A DNA stretch of 64,000 bases from Eledone cirrhosa (taxonomy: Eukaryota). Below the pieces are notes generated by a model. It made no database searches. It was not told the origin of the DNA and saw only the letters and a program-made list of their open reading frames with translations. Both the position numbers and the translations under genes were made by a program. The DNA lies in assembly GCA_964016885.1 (NCBI GenBank), contig OZ024755.1, forward strand, positions 35,960,001 to 36,024,000, written 5' to 3'. Below are positions 14,520 to 27,911 of the stretch, piece after piece; position 1 is the first letter of the stretch, and every line of letters starts with the position of its first letter.

Positions 14520-15160
14520 CCAGAAGGTGCGTTAGGTTGGTGCTTATCCCGGTTTCATGGCGTGAAGCGACTGAGAGTACAAGACTTCCCCCTGGACAGG
14601 ACACCAGTCCATCACAGAGTTAAAGTCTGTCTTAAGTGAGAAGGCTTGTTTGACTGGTGCTTACCCCGGTTTCATAGCGTGAAGCAACTAAGTGTACAAG
14701 GCTTCCTCCTGAATAGGACGTTAATCCATTGCAGGGTTAAACCTCCAGCTATTACTGGTACTCATTTTCAGCTGAGTATACTGGAGCAACATGAAATGAA
14801 GTGTATTATAGAAACACAATACACAACCAAGCCCAGGAATCAAACCCACGACATTATGATCATCAGTCCAACACCCTTACCACTAGGCCACACACCCCCA
14901 CTGAGTATACTGGAGCAATGTGAAATGAAGTGTTTTGCTCAAGAACACAACACACAACCAAGCCCAAGAATCAAACCCATGACATTAAGGTCGTAAGTCC
15001 AACACCCTTACCACTAGGCCACACACCTCCACTGAGTATACTGGAGCAATGTGAAATGAAGTGTTTTGCTCAAGAACACAACACACAACCCAGCCCAGGA
15101 ATCAAACCCACGACATTATGATCGTAAGTCCAACACCCTTACCACTAGGCCACGCACCTC
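14520..15160 (-). mobile_element. SINE with triplicated (~130-bp) tRNA head and duplicated tail
   Basis: Unit CTGAGTATACTGGAGCAA...CTTACCACTAGGCCACAC at about 14772, 14901 and 15032; tail segment GGTGCTTA.CCCGGTTTCAT.GCGTGAAGC occurs twice. Confidence 0.7.
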
Positions 15161-15604
15161 TACAGCCTATAAAGGAATGATATATTAGTAACATTGAGAG
15201 GCCAGCTACCATTAGATTAATATGGAATATCTTTCATTACTTCACTGGCATTAAAGCTGATAGACGTACTCAGTGGATCGCAAACTTCTTCTTCTCGCGC
15301 CACCACCACCCTCACCGGCCACCCACATACCTATAGAAAATGGTACGAGGAAGAGGGGGGGGGGGGGCAAAATATAATTAATACTTATAGATGAATTACT
15401 ATTTAGTTGTAATTGTCAGATGATGTAAACAATCTTTAATTATCATTTTTGTCAATTATCCCAACACACTAATTCCCAGTTTCAATAACAATACATTCAT
15501 CATTGTTACTGAGTTTCTCACTTTTTCTTCTGTCTTGTATTCTCTGTTTTTATTATTCTTCAAAGTCTTTCTTTCCAGCTCTTTACACCTCTGCCGTTAT
15601 AACA

Positions 15605-18600
15605 ACATGTCTGCAACTACAACATATACACTACACTACACTACACTACATTACATTACATTACATTACATTACCATGTCTGCAACTACAACATATACAC
15701 TACACTACATTACATTACCATGTCTCCTGCTACAACATATACACTACACTACACTACACTACATTACACTACACTACATTACATTACATTACCATGTCTC
15801 CTACTACAACATATACACTACACTACACTACACTACACTACACTACACTACACTACATTACATTACATTACCATGTCTCCTACTACAACATATACACTAC
15901 ACTACATTACATTACATTACATTACCATGTCTCCTGCTACAACATATACACTACACTACATTACATTACATTACCATGTCTCTTGCTACAACATATACAC
16001 TACACTACATTACATTACATTACCATGTCTCCTACTACAACATATACACTACACTACATTACATTACATTACCATATCTCCTACTACAACATATACACTA
16101 CACTACACTACATTACATTACCATGTCTCCTGCTACAACATATACACTACACTACACTACACTACATTACACTACACTACACTACACTACATTACATTAC
16201 CATATCTCCTACTACAACATATACACTACACTACACTACATTACATTACCATGTCTCCTACTACAACATATACACTACACTACACTACATTACATTACCA
16301 TGTCTCCTGCTACAACATATACACTACACTACACTACATTACATTACACTACACTACACTACACTACATTACATTACCATATCTCCTACTACAACATATA
16401 CACTACACTACATTACATTACATTACCATATCTCCTACTACAACATATACACTACACTACACTACATTACATTACCATGTCTCCTGCTACAACATATACA
16501 CTACACTACACTACACTACATTACACTACACTACACTACACTACATTACATTACCATATCTCCTACTACAACATATACACTACACTACACTACATTACAT
16601 TACCATATCTCCTACTACAACATATACACTACACTACACTACATTACATTACCATGTCTCCTACTACAACATATACACTACACTACACTACATTACATTA
16701 CCATATCTCCTACTACAACATATACACTACACTACACTACATTACATTACCATGTCTCCTACTACAACATATACACTACACTACACTACATTACATTACC
16801 ATATCTCCTACTACAACATATACACTACACTACACTACATTACATTACCATATCTCCTACTACAACATATACACTACACTACACTACATTACATTACCAT
16901 GTCTCCTGCTACAACATATACACTACACTACACTACACTACATTACCATGTCTCCTGCTACAACATATACACTACACTACACTACCATATACTCTACCAT
17001 GTCTCATACTACAACATATACACTACACTACATTACATTACATTACCATGTCTCCTACTACAACATATACACTACACTACACTACACTACATTACCATGT
17101 CTCCTGCTACAACATATACACTACACTACACTACCATATACTCTACCATGTCTCATACTACAACATATACACTACATTACATTACCATGTCTCCTACTAC
17201 AACATATACACTACACTACACTACACTACATTACCATGTCTCCTGCTACAACATATACACTACACTACACTACCATGTCTCATACTACAACATATACACT
17301 ACACTACATTACATTACATTACCATGTCTCCTACTACAACATATACACTACACTACATTACACTACATTACCATGTCTCCTACTACAACATATACTCTAC
17401 ACTACACTACATTACCATGTCTCCTACTACAACATATACACTACACTACACTACACTACATTACATTACCATGTCTCCTACTACAACATATACACTACAC
17501 TACACTACATTACCATGTCTCCTACTACAACATATACACTACACTACACTACACTACATTACATTACCATGTCTCCTACTACAACATATACTCTACACTA
17601 TATTACCATGTCCCCTACTACAACATATACACTACACTACACTACATTACCATGTCTCCTACTACAACATATACACTACACTACACTACACTACATTACA
17701 TTACCATGTCTCCTACTACAACATATACACTACACTACACTACACTACACTACACTACACTACACTACATTACCATGTCTCCTACTACAACATATACTCT
17801 ACACTATATTACCATGTCCCCTACTACAACATATACACTACACTACACTACACTACATTACCATGTCTCCTACTACAACATATATACTACACTACACTAC
17901 ACTAGATTACCATGTCTCCTACTACAACATATACTCTACACTACACTACATTACCATGTCTCCTACTACAACATATACACTACACTACACTACACTACAT
18001 TACATTACCATGTCTCCTACTACAACATATACACTACACTACACTACATTACCATGTCTCCTGCTACAACATATACACTACACTACACTACCATGTCTCA
18101 TACTACAACATATACACTACACTACATTACATTACATTACCATGTCTCCTACTACAACATATACACTACACTACATTACACTACATTACCATGTCTCCTA
18201 CTACAACATATACTCTACACTACACTACATTACCATGTCTCCTACTACAACATATACACTACACTACACTACACTACATTACATTACCATGTCTCCTACT
18301 ACAACATATACACTACACTACACTACATTACCATGTCTCCTACTACAACATATACACTACACTACACTACACTACATTACATTACCATGTCTCCTACTAC
18401 AACATATACTCTACACTATATTACCATGTCCCCTACTACAACATATACACTACACTACACTACATTACCATGTCTCCTACTACAACATATACACTACACT
18501 ACACTACACTACATTACATTACCATGTCTCCTACTACAACATATACACTACACTACACTACACTACACTACACTACACTACATTACCATGTCTCCTACTA

Positions 18601-18980
18601 CAACATATACTCTACACTATATTACCATGTCCCCTACTACAACATATACACTACACTACACTACACTACATTACCATGTCTCCTACTACAACATATACAC
18701 TACACTACACTACACTAGATTACCATGTCTCCTACTACAACATATACACTACACTACACTACATTACCATGTCTCCTACTACAACATATACACTACACTA
18801 CATTACATTACATTACCATGTCTCCTACTACAACATATACACTACACTACATTACATTACATTACCATGTCTCCTGCTACAACATATACACTACACTACA
18901 CTACCATGTCTCCTACTACAACATATACTCTACACTATATTACCATGTCCCCTACTACAACATATACACTACATTACAAC
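15605..18980. repeat. Compound minisatellite: 24-bp core CCATGTCTCCTACTACAACATATA plus variable (CACTA)n(CATTA)m
   Basis: Directly visible; it accounts for the 800-1305 aa pseudo-ORFs. Confidence 0.97.
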
Positions 18981-19026
18981 ATTAGAAAGTCAGATTTCTT
19001 ATTCATACTTAAGATGTCTTCTTTCA

Positions 19027-19226
19027 ACACACATACACATGCATAGAATGCATACATGCACACACTCACATCATACACACTCACAAACATTCACACACTC
19101 ACATACATACACACACTCACATACATGCACACACTCACAAATATGCACACTCACATACATACATACACTCACATACATACACACACATACATACACACAC
19201 ACACATACACTCACATACATACACAC

Positions 19227-19257
<31 letters not shown>

Positions 19258-19936
19258 TGCACACTCACATACACACACTCACACGCATACATACACACTC
19301 TCACATACACACACATACTCACATACACGCACATACACACATACACACTCACATTCACATACACACACACCCATACACACACACACACATACATACACAC
19401 TCACATACACACACATACATACACACACTCACATACACACCTCATAAAATAGAAATCTCTGTTGCCTATCAGCCAGCTGTTCCTTAATTAACAATATATA
19501 TCTTTATAATGAAATACTGGCTAGCTAGGACATACCGGAATTCCCTCGGCCAATTACTACACACATATCAGAGCCTACATACACGCACACACACACACAC
19601 ACACAGACAAAGCTACAGCCACACACACAAAGCTACAAACACACACAAAGCTACAGACACACACAGAGTTACACAAAGCTAGACACACACATAGCTACAC
19701 ACACATAGCTACACACGCACAAAGCTACACACACACTGACACAAAGATAGACACACAGACACACACAGACACACACACACACACACACAGACAAAGCTAC
19801 AGCCACACACACAAAGCTACAAACACACACAAAGCTACAGACACACACAGAGTTGCACAAAGCTAGACACACACACACACACACACACACATAGCTACAC
19901 ACACAGAAACACACGCACAAAGCTACACACACACAG

Positions 19937-19967
<31 letters not shown>

Positions 19968-19980
19968 AAGCTACACAGAC
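19027..19980. repeat. CA-rich low-complexity sequence and ACACAAAGCTAC short repeats
   Basis: Directly visible. Confidence 0.9.
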
Positions 19981-20076
19981 AAAATAAAGTAGACACCTGA
20001 AAATGTGAAGGTGATTTTCTAGAGATAATGCTTTAAGGGAAAAACAAGAAACAAGAAAATGATAAATGGATTTGCT

Positions 20077-20587
20077 AGGACATATTGAATGTTGGGAGAA
20101 TAGAGACATCTTGGTATACTTCTGGTAGGACATATTGAATGTTGGGAGAAGAGAGACATCTTGGTATACTTCTGGTAGGACATATTGAATGTTGGGAGAA
20201 GAGAGACATCTTGGTATACTTCTGGTAGGACATATTGAATGTTGGGAGAAGAGAGACATCTTGGTATACTTCTGGTAGGACATATTGAATGTTGGGAGAA
20301 GAGAGACATCTTGGTATACTTCTGGTAGGACATATTGAATGTTGGGAGAAGAGAGACATCTTGGTATACTTCTGGTAGGACATATTGAATGTTGGGAGAA
20401 GAGAGACATCTTGGTATACTTCTGGTAGGACATATTGAATGTTGGGAGAAGAGAGACATCTTGGTATACTTCTGGTAGGACATATTGAATGTTGGGAGAA
20501 GAGAGACATCTTGGTATACTTCTGGTAGGACATATTGAATGTTGGGAGAAGAGAGACATCTTGGTATACTTCTGGTAGGACATATTG
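20077..20587. repeat. Near-perfect 50-bp tandem repeat, about 10 copies
   Basis: Unit AGGACATATTGAATGTTGGGAGAAGAGAGACATCTTGGTATACTTCTGGT; I saw a single variant base (20101). Confidence 0.97.
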
Positions 20588-20764
20588 CTAGCACAATTCT
20601 CAAGACTTATGTATGCAGACACAAAGCTGCACAGAAATATACAGAATGGGGCTCAGGTTGCTGCAGTTTGTTATAATACAGACCGTGACCTCTGGCGTCA
20701 CGCAGTAATACAGAGTACTCGACCTCCCATGGGTACAAGCTGAAGCATATAGACAATATGCCCC

Positions 20765-21028
20765 CACACCCTCCCACTGCAAGGTGGTCGTGGAGGTGCC
20801 ACGGCAAAAAAGCACCCAGCCCACACTGTAAAGTGGACGTGTAGGCGCCACGGAAAAAGCACCCAGCACTCACTGTAAATGAGGTTGGTGTTAGGAAGGG
20901 CATCCAGCTGTAGAAATCAAGCCAAATCAGTTCCTGTATGAGCAAGGCATGGTCAGCCGACCAGACACTGCCCACAACAGGACAACCCGTCTAACCCATG
21001 CTAGCGTGGAAGAACGGGCGTAAAACGG

Positions 21029-21062
<34 letters not shown>
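20765..21062 (+). mobile_element. SINE family A, 5'-truncated
   Basis: Internal GGTGCCACGGCAAAAAAGCACCCAGC repeats, Meta-like domain and (GAT)n tail. Confidence 0.8.
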
Positions 21063-21065
<3 letters not shown>

Positions 21066-21676
21066 ATTATGTAATAGGAATATGACAGCTGCAGTCTGAT
21101 GATGCACATCATCCCCATACCAGTGATTGCTGCAGGTCGGTGATTGTTTTTTCGCCAGCAGGTGGTGGAGGGGGGGGGGGTTACATTTAGAAAGACAAGC
21201 ATGGTTTATGCTTTCCTTCAGTCATCTAGATCTGGTGAATGGGGGGTGACTGTAATTTGTTTGTTTAGATTTGTGGTGAGCTTTGGTATATTCTGGAAGT
21301 ATTGATGTTCAAATTAAGACAACTGATGGTCTTAGCTACAAACAGGTGTGTATGTTTGGTGCTGTAACTCCTGGGGAGTGGTAGGAGTGGAGTACAGACA
21401 TTCAAGGTTTCTTGGTCATTTTAAAACAAGACACAGCCCATCTCCCCTCCAGGTCTGAATAGAGTAGATTTCTTCCAGAGAAGGATAGAGAGAGAGAGAC
21501 AAAGGAAGAGAGAAAGAGATATAGAGAAAGAATCGATCCCAGTACAAGACTGGTACTTTCTTATTGACCTTAAATGGATTAATGGTGAAGTTGACCTCAA
21601 CATATATACATACATACAACTGTAATATGCAATAAGATTTAATAACAAGCTGCAAATCTGACTTCTCTCTCTCTCT

Positions 21677-21718
<42 letters not shown>

Positions 21719-21720
<2 letters not shown>

Positions 21721-22267
21721 TCATTCAATTTTACGTCCGCTTTTCCCTGCTTGCAAGGGTGGGACGGGAACTGATTCTGGCATGATTTCTACAGCTGGAT
21801 GCCCTTCCTAACACCAACATCATTTACAGTGAGTGCTGGGTGCTTTTTTGCCGTGGTACCTCCACGACCACTTTGCAGTGGAATGATAGGGACCCCAGTC
21901 CCTATCATCTCATTTCTACAGCTGAGTAAACTGGAGCAATGTGAAATAAAGTGTCTTGCTCAAGGAAACAACACATCACCCAGTCTGAGAATTGAACTCA
22001 CAACCTTTCGATTGCAAGGCCAATGCTCTAACCACTAAGCCATGTGCCTCCATATATATATATATCGTCGTCGTCATCGTTATCATTATCATTATCATCA
22101 TCATCATCATCATTTTACGTCCGCTTTTCCCTGCTTGCCAGGGTGGGACAGGAACTGATTCTGGCTTGATTTCTACAGCTGGATGCCCTTCCTAACACCA
22201 ACCTCATTTACAGTGAGTGATGGGTGCTTTTTTGCCGTGGCGCCTACACGTCCACTTTACAGTGGAA

Positions 22268-22270
<3 letters not shown>
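21719..22270 (-). mobile_element. Two adjacent SINE family A copies (21719-22049 full length, 22100-22270 partial)
   Basis: Same consensus as 11034-11383. Confidence 0.85.
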
Positions 22271-22304
<34 letters not shown>

Positions 22305-22306
<2 letters not shown>

Positions 22307-22378
22307 AATAAGATAACAAGGACGATTGGTTACTCCTGAATTACATTTATCGGTCGGTGACGCGCGTTTCGCATGTTC
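22305..22378 (-). mobile_element. PLE terminus with the 3' half of a hammerhead
   Basis: Minus strand gc-GAAA-cgcgcg-UC-accgaccg (palindromic stem III, GUC site) running into (TA)n; no CUGANGA upstream. Confidence 0.55.
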
Positions 22379-22909
22379 TTTTTACTCCATCTTGTTTTGT
22401 TTTTTGTTGCTTCTTTTTGTGTGAGTGTGTGGGAGTGTGTGTGTGTTTATGTGTGAGTGTTTGCACCTATTTAAATTTATAAATGTTAGCATATATAGAA
22501 AGAATATTTTAAGAATCCTCTTGAACATTTGCAAAAGGAATTTGTTTATCTTCTGGATTGTAATAGAGAGATTATCTTTCATTTTCTCTCTGACCTTTTT
22601 GCCAATTTATACATCAAGGTTAATTCTTTCTTAAACACACACTCTCTACATAAATACTCAGTCAAATTAACTTTGATAAATACAATTATATGTTGATACT
22701 GTTTACTACAACATCAATATTTTCAGTGGGGAAATTTTGCTGATTGAAGTTCTTAAGGTTCTTTAATCGAGAACTATCACTAGTGTGTGTTTCTTGAAGG
22801 AGAACTACTATGACCTTATGTGTTGGTGTTTAACCTTTTAGCATTTAAACCAGCCATATCCGGGCAGAATGCTCTCACCTCTTTCTGTTCAAACTCATAT
22901 ATATATATG

Positions 22910-23430
22910 AGAAGAAGAATACTGCGTGGTTGCACATGGGTTACATATGAAAAAATTAGTCCCTCGTCAGTGATTTGCCAACCATCATTGATATTTCATC
23001 GCATTAAAAATCAGATACCTCAGGTTGGTGCGAGCAATAACTAAAAAAAGTTATTGGGACAAGTAAATCGCGTAAGGCGAGGGGGACAAGTAAACAACAT
23101 AGAAGGATAAAAGCAAACCGAAGATAGGAAAATAAACAAGCAACATGGTTGTCCGGTCAGCATAAGCTGGGTGGGTTTCATGAGCGAGAGAGGTACAGAC
23201 CGTGTTGATGTGTGTGAGATGTAAGCAAGAAGTGACCCACACAAGCCAAACGGGAGGAAGTGAGAAGGGGAGAAACAGAGAGTGAGTGAGTGGAAGTGTG
23301 AGGAAGAGGTCAGTCGAGAGAAAGTGTAACTGACAGAGGGGGCGAAAGAAGGTGAGAGAAACAGAGAGAACGGGGAAGCAGTAAGAGAGAAACAGAAAAA
23401 CGCAGCCGAGGTAAATATGTATAAAAAACA
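22910..23430 (-). mobile_element. Dispersed (TA)n-embedded element, probable PLE pseudo-LTR; homologous to 50816-51355
   Basis: Shares blocks CCATCAT..TATTTC.TCGCATTA..ATACCTC..CAATAACTAAA..AAGTTATTGGGA with the 50.8-kb copy; CUGACGA on the minus strand. Confidence 0.55.
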
Positions 23431-24139
23431 TGATATATATATATATATATATAAACAAATGGATATCAACAGAGAGAGAGGGGAGGGGGAATGGTATGAA
23501 TATAGAAAACAAATGGACAGAGGGAGGGGGAGAGGGGAAGAGAGGAGTGCAGAGATAGAGGGAGAGAAGAAGAAGAGAGGGGTGGAGAGACAGAGAGAGA
23601 GGGGTGGAGAGAAGGACAGAGAAGAGAGATGAGATACATATATAATGGTTTCAGATCTAACCAACAGACTTCACAGAAAATGACAGAGTGCCAACTAATA
23701 CAGATTCTATATTGTAGATTGTCTCCAATCCTTACGAACATGGAAAGAGACATTAAAGCAAAATATTGTGATTATAGGAGAGAAGACAGTAAAAGTGGTG
23801 CTGTTGGTTTATGTGCAAAGGCAGTATGATTCATTTTGTAAGATATGAGTAATGTTGCTGTTGAGGCATGGTTATTACGTTGCTCAAAGTTTATCACAAA
23901 ATAATAAGGTTCCCAAAATAGGCTAGTGTAGAAAAGAGCATTCTAATGCTTTAGGCAGGGCTCTGCTTTTCACAATCAAGTAACATTAGATTTCTCTTCT
24001 ACTTCAACAACACTAGCATATTCCATTTTGTGTATGTTAATAGAAGTGTTTTTTACTTCATAACAGACTATCATTAGTCCAAACAAAATCTGGAAATTGA
24101 CTTTGATCATCTATCTAGGGCAGGTAAAATTCCTGAGAT

Positions 24140-24566
24140 CCATGGACGAGGTTCTCTCCAGCGGTCTCTGTCCCTCATCATCGCTGCCATGTCCTGATCG
24201 GTGTCTGTCCTTAGGGCATCAACATATGTCAACCCCGGTCTCCTTCTTCTAGTGTGTCCATGCAGGGGCTCCCCACAGGAGCACTGAGTGTAGTGTCAAC
24301 TCTGGATGTTGGTGAACATGTCCAGCTAACCTCAGTCTCCTCTGTGCTACTTTAAAGCTGACTTTCGGAAGGCTCCCGTACAGCTCTGAGGTCTTCATCT
24401 TCAGTGTATACTGATTAATGCTCAGAGTCATTCTCAGCATTCTCGTGTAGCACTCATCCACCATTTGAGTGAATTGCTTGGTCAGTGTCCAAGCTCCAGA
24501 CCCGTACAGCAGCACAGACTCCACTACAGCAACAAAGAGACGGATCTTCTGCTTTATTTTGATCAT
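24140..24566 (-). pseudogene. RTE (BovB-like) LINE RT C-terminal fragment
   Basis: KIRLFVAVVESVLLYGSGAWTLTK...YTRMLRMTL...RRLRLAGHV..HPE...VLLW is a typical RTE thumb-region signature. Confidence 0.9.
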
Positions 24567-24589
24567 TAAGGAATATATAGAAGGCCATT

Positions 24590-24840
24590 CATCATCCTCA
24601 GCATCATTACCATTTTATGTCTGCTTTTCCATGCTTCCATGGGATGGACTAGTCTTTTTCAACATAGCATCCCTCCACTCATTGTTGCTTTTTATCAACT
24701 CTCTGAGTTTCAGTGATTTGAAATTGGCTCGCATCATCTCCATCCACGTCTTCCTCTACTGCACTGCCTTCTTCATTCAATGATCATCATTTATACACAT
24801 CACATGTCTATACCAGCACAGTCTTCTCTCTTGCATACTT
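24590..24840 (-). mobile_element. RTE LINE 3' end fragment
   Basis: Minus strand reads RKTWMEMMRANFKSLKL..EWRDAML followed by a CCATG...GAC.TAAAATG tail like the SINE tail. Confidence 0.6.
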
Positions 24841-25283
24841 GCAAATGAACATGATAATCAGTGAAGATGTCCCAGATATGTGTGATGAAAGATTGATGAG
24901 AAACTATATTTATATTTTTAGCTGTTGGTCAATCAATGATAAACACTGATTGCCAGCTAAATTATTTATCTATATATTACTAAACCTCTCTGATTGCTTG
25001 CTTGTCTGTAATTTAATACAGCCAAAAGGGAGCATCATGGGAAAATACTTTGAAAAGGAGCTGTCCCTGAAATGGGGATACAAATGGAATGAAACAAGTC
25101 TCGTGTAAATCGAAGCATGGGTTCCAGAGATATGGGGTTTTCTGGGTACCTTCATAAACAGAGAGAGAGAAGAATAGAGAGAGGGAGAAGAGATAGAGAA
25201 GGCGAAGGATAGAGAGAGTGAGAGGAGATAGAGAAGGAGAATGGAAGAGAGAGAACTGGTGGTGTTGTTGTGTATATATATGA

Positions 25284-26198
25284 GTGTGTGTGCATATATA
25301 TATATTAGTGTGTGTGCATATATATATATTAGTGTGTGTGCATATATATATATTAGTGTGTGTGCATATATATATATATATTAGTGTGTGTGCATATATA
25401 TATATATTAGTGCGTGTGCATATATATATATTAGTGTGTGTGCATATATATATATTAGTGTGTGTACATATATATATATTAGTGTGTGTACATATATATA
25501 TATATTAGTGTGTGTGCATATATATATATATTAGTGTGTGTGCATATATATATATTAGTGTGTGTGCATATATATATATTAGTGTGTGTGCATATATATA
25601 TATTAGTGTGTGTACATATATATATATTAGTGTGTGTGCATATATATATATTAGTGTGTGTGCATATATATATATTAGTGTGTGTGCATATATATATATA
25701 TTAGTGTGTGTGCATATATATATATTAGTGTGTGTGCATATATATATATATTAGTGTGTGTGCATATATATATATTAGTGTGTGTGCATATATATATATT
25801 AGTGCGTGTGCATATATATATATTAGTGTGTGTACATATATATATATTAGTGTGTGTGCATATATATATATATTAGTGTGTGTACATATATATATATTAG
25901 TGTGTGTACATATATATATATTAGTGTGTGTACATATATATATATTAGTGTGTGTGCATATATATATATATTAGTGTGTGTACATATATATATATTAGTG
26001 TGTGTACATATATATATATTAGTGTGTGTACATATATATATATTAGTGTGTGTGCATATATATATATATTAGTGTGTGTGCATATATATATATTAGTGTG
26101 TGTACATATATATATATTAGTGTGTGTGCATATATATATATATATTAGTGTGTGTGTGCATATATATATATATTAGTGTGTGCGCATATATATATATA
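25284..26198. repeat. Minisatellite, ~24-bp unit TTAGTGTGTGTGCATATATATATA
   Basis: Directly visible. Confidence 0.97.
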
Positions 26199-26809
26199 TG
26201 CACTTCCGCTATATCGTTGCCACCACGACCACGACCACCACTTCAACTACCATATATACAGAAAGAGATAGTGTGTGATGTCAACACTTCCGGTGGCGAT
26301 CACTTAAATAAACATACTAATTTTCTGTCACTAATTTTCTCCTAATGCAGTTTATATATAATATCGTCTTTTTTTAATGTATCGTGGATTACGTTACTGA
26401 TTAAATAAGACAGTGTAACGCAGTCTTCGTTCAATTATGATTTTATTTGATGTATCATATCTACATGTATATATACCTGCGTATAATATCAATATACACA
26501 CTTCCCATGCTAGCAGAAAACCACCCGAAGGGTGGTTTTTCTACTAGTAACGATAACGGAAACACCTTCTCCATTCTATCCACTGGAGCTGTGGGGAGGC
26601 CAGCATGTGGGACTCCATTTTCTCACTATACAGAGAGATGGGGAGGGCAAGAGAGATGGAGGCGATGATAGCGGGAGTTCAGCTCTTCCACGTTCAGACC
26701 ATATCCTTGTGGTTATGTTCCTCAAGCCCTAGTGCAGTAATGAAATTCGAGACACTTGTTACTCGATTCCAATTTTGTAGCACTTAAGACATTATATAAA
26801 AGCTTCTTA

Positions 26810-27095
26810 TCACATGGCCTAATGGTTAGGATGTTTGCAGTACAATCTTAATGTCATCAGTTCAAATCCTGGACAGGCTGCTGTGTTGTGTTCTTGAGCA
26901 AGACACTTTACTTCAAACTGCTCCAGTACACTCAGCTGAGAGTGGGTAACAGCAGTAGCTGGGAAGCTAATCCTGTGATAGACTGGCATCCTATCCAGGA
27001 AGAGTCTTGTACTTTCAGTTGCTTAACGCCAACAGAACTGGCGATAAGCACCGGCCTGATGAGCCTTCAGCTTAGAACAGACTTTAACTTTAACT
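26810..27095 (+). mobile_element. tRNA-derived SINE with Nin-like segment and L2-like tail
   Basis: CATGGCCTAATGGTTAGG, GTTCAAATCC, TTGAGCAAGACAC, then ACTGGCGATAAGCACCGGCCTGATGAGCC and (ACTTTA)n. Confidence 0.7.
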
Positions 27096-27143
27096 AACAA
27101 CTTATCAGCATCTATGTGATTAACGTGAATCGGGACTCGTAGA

Positions 27144-27367
27144 TTAAGCCCTTAGCATTCACATTATTCTATATTTACTATTGCATTTTCACAGAAAAGA
27201 CCTTACCTCACATAATTATCTGATATAATATTGAATCTATGAGATTTTGATATTATTTATTTTGAGAACAATACTGTCGGTGTGGGCAGCCAATTATAAC
27301 CTGTTTGAACTGAAAGAGGCGAGAAAATTCTGGCCAGAAATGGCCGCTTTAAATGCTAAAGGGTTAA
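27144..27367. mobile_element. piggyBac-type (TTAA) MITE
   Basis: TTAA-GCCCTTAGCATT ... AAATGCTAAAGGG-TTAA. Confidence 0.8.
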
Positions 27368-27911
27368 GATGATGTAACCATGTAAAGATTAATAACTTCA
27401 ATAGCTAAAATCTGTCCGAAGAGATAAATCAGTCTCTTCTATACATAAAAACCAACATGTTTAGTTGGTTTTCAAATACAAAATAGATTGAAATGTAAGC
27501 AGTCCAACATTTTTCATGTCTGCATTAAGAATTCTTCTAAGAAAAAGCAACAGTTTATTAGAAATATGGGTAATATGTATTAGCATTTCCACAAATTCTA
27601 TAAATTCTAGTCCATTGAAAATATTACCAATAGGTTCGTCTGACCCCAGCAGTTTGTTATAAGAAATGTATTCCCACATCTTAATCTAACATAGTTCACA
27701 AAGAACATCTTTCCATTGCAGTGATTACCTAGTCATTATTCACAACAGGCCATAGCTGGGTTTAATGGTGAGGAGCAACACAATGTACATGTGCACAACT
27801 AAATATATGCTGAGTCAAACAAATAATAACTAGCATTTCTTAAATCCCACCACCTTGCCAACACCCAACCTTTTAGCTGATCTCTGTACTTCCTAGTTAT
27901 CTTATCTACTG

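Noticed and set aside
15605-18980. CRISPR-like pattern of constant repeat and variable spacer
   Set aside because: The spacers are simple pentamer runs, there are no cas genes, and the context is eukaryotic.
15503-19452. ORFs of 800-1305 aa
   Set aside because: They are translations of a stop-poor minisatellite, open in all three frames, with no protein-like complexity.
21180-21420. Possible decayed LINE RT fragment (TMLVFLNV)
   Set aside because: Too degenerate to assign.
23629-23829. 66-aa plus-strand ORF or exon candidate
   Set aside because: No recognisable homology and weak splice donors.
27050-27095. CCTGATGAGCC motif
   Set aside because: Part of an L2-like SINE tail, with no GAAA or stems.
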